From Eledone cirrhosa (Eukaryota), in the NCBI GenBank assembly GCA_964016885.1, contig OZ024741.1:102362001-102426000 (forward strand): a stretch of DNA of 64,000 bases, written 5' to 3'. The notes beneath the pieces were generated by a model, which was not told the DNA's origin, searched no databases, and worked only from the letters and a program-made list of their open reading frames with translations. Shown piece after piece: positions 61,001 to 64,000 of this stretch. How positions within the stretch are numbered: position 1 is the first letter of the stretch; every line of letters begins with the position of its first letter. The position numbers were made by a program, and so were the translations under genes.

Positions 61001-64000
61001 GGCCAGTGTATAGTGAGGTGGGAGTTATGACAGAAGACATTACTGACTGAGATGGCTGGTCACAGAAGGCCAGTGTATACTGAAGTGGTAGTTATGACAG
61101 AAGACATTACTGACTGAGATGGCTGGTCTCAGAAGGCCAGTGTATAGTGAGGTGGGAGTTATGACAGAAGACATTACTGACTGAGATGGCTGGTCTCAGA
61201 AGGCCAGTGTATAGTGAGGTGGGAGTTATGACAGAAGACATTACTGACTGAGATGGCTGGTCACAGAAGGCCAGTGTATACTGAAGTGGTAGTTATGACA
61301 GAAGACATTACTGACTGAGATGGCTGGTCTCAGAAGGCCAGTGTATAGTGAGGTGGGAGTTATGACAGAAGACATTACTGACTGAGATGGCTGGTCACAG
61401 GAGACCAGTGTATAGTGAGGTGGGAGGAGTTATGACAGAAGACATTAATGACTGAGATGGCTGGTCAAAGAAGGCCAGTGTATACTGAAGTGGTAGTTAT
61501 GACAGAAGACATTACTGACTGAGATGGCTGGTCACAGAAGGCCAGTGTATAGTGAGGTGGGAGTTATGACAGAAGACATTACTGACTGAGATGGCTGATC
61601 ACAGGAGACCAGTGTATAGTGAGGTGGGAGTTATGACAGAAGACATTACTGACAGAGATGGCTGGTCACAGAAGGCCAGTGTATAGTGAGATAGTAGTTA
61701 TGACAGAAGACATTACTGACTAAGATGGTTGATCACAGAAGGCTAGTGTATAGTGAGCTGGGAGTTATGACAGAAGACATTACTGACTGAGATGGCTGGT
61801 CACAGAAGGCCAGTTTATAGTGAGGTGGGAGTTATGACAGAAGACATTACTGACTGAGATGGCTGATCACAGAAGGCCAATGTATAGTGAGGTGGGAGTT
61901 ATGACAGAAGACATTACTGACTGAGATGGCTGGTCACAGAAGGCCAGTGTATAGTGAAATGGGAGTTATGACAGAAGACATTACTGACTGAGATGGCTGG
62001 TTACAGAAGGCCAGTGTATAGTGAGGTGGGAGTTATGACAGAAGACATTACTGACTGAGATGGCTGGTCACAGAAGGCCAGTGTATAGTGAGGAGGGAGT
62101 TATGACAGAAGACATTACTGACTGAGATGGCTGGTCACAGAAGGCCAGTGTATAGTGAGGTGGGAGTTATGACAGAAAACATTACTGACTCAGATGGCTG
62201 GTCACAGAAGGCCAGTGTATACTGAAGTGGTAGTTATGACAGAAGACATTACTGACTGAGATGGCTGGTCACAGAAGGCCAGTGTATAGTGAGGTGGAAG
62301 GAGTTATGACAGAAGACATTACTGACTGAGATGGCAGGTCACAGAAGGCCAGTGTATACTGAAGTGGTAGTTATGACAGAAGACATTACTGACTAAGATG
62401 GCTGGTCACAGAAGACCAGTGTATAGAGAGGTGGGAGTTATGACAGAAGACATTACTGACTGAGATGGCTGGTCACAGAAGGCCAGTGTATAGTGAGGTG
62501 GGAGTTATGACAGAAGACATTACTGACTGAGATGGCTGTTCACAGAAGGCCAGTGTATAATGAGGTGGGAGTTATGACAGAAGACATTACTGACCGAGAT
62601 GGCTGGTCACAGAAGGCCAATGTATAGTGAGGTGGGAGATATGACAGAAGACATTACTGACTAAGATGGCTGGTCACAGGGGGACAGTGTAGAGTGAGAT
62701 AGTAGTTATGACAGAAGACATTACTGACTGAGACGGCTGATCACAGAAGGCCAGTGTATAGTGAGGTGGGAGTTATGACAGAAGACATTACTGACTGAGA
62801 TGACTGGTCACAGGGGGCCAGTGTACAGTGAGATAGTAGTTATGACAGAAGACATTACTGACTGAGATGGCTGGTCACAGAAGGCCACTGTATAGTGTGG
62901 TGGGAGTTATGACAGAAGACATTACTGACTGAGATGGCTGGTGACAGAAGGCCAGTGTATAGTGAGGTGGGAGTTATGACAGAAGACATTACTGACTGAG
63001 ATGGCTGATCACAGAAGGCCAGTGTATAGTGAGCTGGGAGTTATGACAGAAGACATTACTGACTGAGATGGCTGGTCACAGAAGGCCAGTGTATAGTGAG
63101 ATAGTAGTTATGACAGAAGACATTACTGACTAAGATGGTTGATCACAGAAGGCCAGTGTATAGTAAGCTGGGAGTTATGACAGAAGACATTACTGACTGA
63201 GATGGCTGATCACAGAAGGCCAGTGTATAGTGAGGTGGGAGTTATGACAGAAGACATTACTGACTGAGATGGCTGGTCACAGGAGACCAGTGTATAGTGA
63301 GGTGGGAGGAGTTATGACAGAAGACATTAATGACTGAGATGGCTGGTCAAAGAAGGCCAGTGTATACTGAAGTGGTAGTTATGACAGAAGACATTACTGA
63401 CTGAGATGGCTGGTCACAGAAGGCCAGTGTATAGTGAGGTGGGAGTTATGACAGAAGACATTACTGACTGAGATGGCTGATCACAGGAGACCAGTGTATA
63501 GTGAGGTGGGAGTTATGACAGAAGACATTACTGACAGAGATGGCTGGTCACAGAAGGCCAGTGTATAGTGAGATAGTAGTTATGACAGAAGACATTACTG
63601 ACTAAGATGGTTGATCACAGAAGGCTAGTGTATAGTGAGCTGGGAGTTATGACAGAAGACATTACTGACTGAGATGGCTGGTCACAGAAGGCCAGTTTAT
63701 AGTGAGGTGGGAGTTATGACAGAAGACATTACTGACTGAGATGGCTGATCACAGAAGGCCAATGTATAGTGAGGTGGGAGTTATGACAGAAGACATTACT
63801 GACTGAGATGGCTGGTCACAGAAGGCCAGTGTATAGTGAAATGGGAGTTATGACAGAAGACATTACTGACTGAGATGGCTGGTTACAGAAGGCCATTGTA
63901 TAGTGAGGTGGGAGTTATGACAGAAGACATTACTGACTGAGATGGCTGGTCACAGAAGGCCAGTGTATAGTGAGGAGGGAGTTATGACAGAAGACATTAT
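34085..64000. repeat. 67-bp satellite array, about 445 copies, continues beyond the window
   Basis: Consensus GTGTATAGTGAGGTGGGAGTTATGACAGAAGACATTACTGACTGAGATGGCTGGTCACAGAAGGCCA (units start at 36851 and 36918, for example). 32/67 GC, 43/67 purine on +, no CpG in the consensus. Degenerate left edge about 34085-34300. Confidence 0.98.

Noticed and set aside
34085-64000. CRISPR-like array
   Set aside because: Monomers are contiguous with no unique spacers, there are no cas genes, and the context is eukaryotic
34085-64000. Giant repetitive (mucin-like) coding exon
   Set aside because: 67 is not a multiple of 3 and both strands contain stops. The longest minus-strand open stretch in the consensus is about 28 codons
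34330-64000. Hammerhead ribozyme in the satellite monomer (CTGACTGA)
   Set aside because: Does not match CUGANGA, and there is no GAAA with flanking stems in the consensus

Overview
Repeat-dominated animal DNA, most likely an octopus or other coleoid cephalopod (inferred from the SINE family and the (TA)n/(AAT)n/(CA)n density). No host gene is recognisable. (1) 1-4.4 kb: (TA)n-riddled Penelope-like remnants with two clear minimal type I hammerhead ribozyme folds and one degenerate one. (2) 4.5-26.6 kb: an almost gap-free stack of non-LTR retroelements joined by (AAT)n tracts. Two L1/Tx1-clade LINEs (one with an intact 1139-aa ORF2) and tRNA-derived SINEs lie on the - strand. Two long and three 5'-truncated R4/Dong-type RT-RLE elements lie on the + strand. 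The SINE 3' end resembles the Tx1 3' end. (3) 26.6-34 kb: AT-rich DNA with SINE, RTE and Penelope relics. (4) 34.1-64 kb: a non-coding 67-bp satellite of about 445 copies, running off the window. It is built from a diverged 34+33-bp dimer and has readable higher-order repeats (5-, 32-, 50-mer and modular 35/43/60-mer). All alignments and folds were made by eye.
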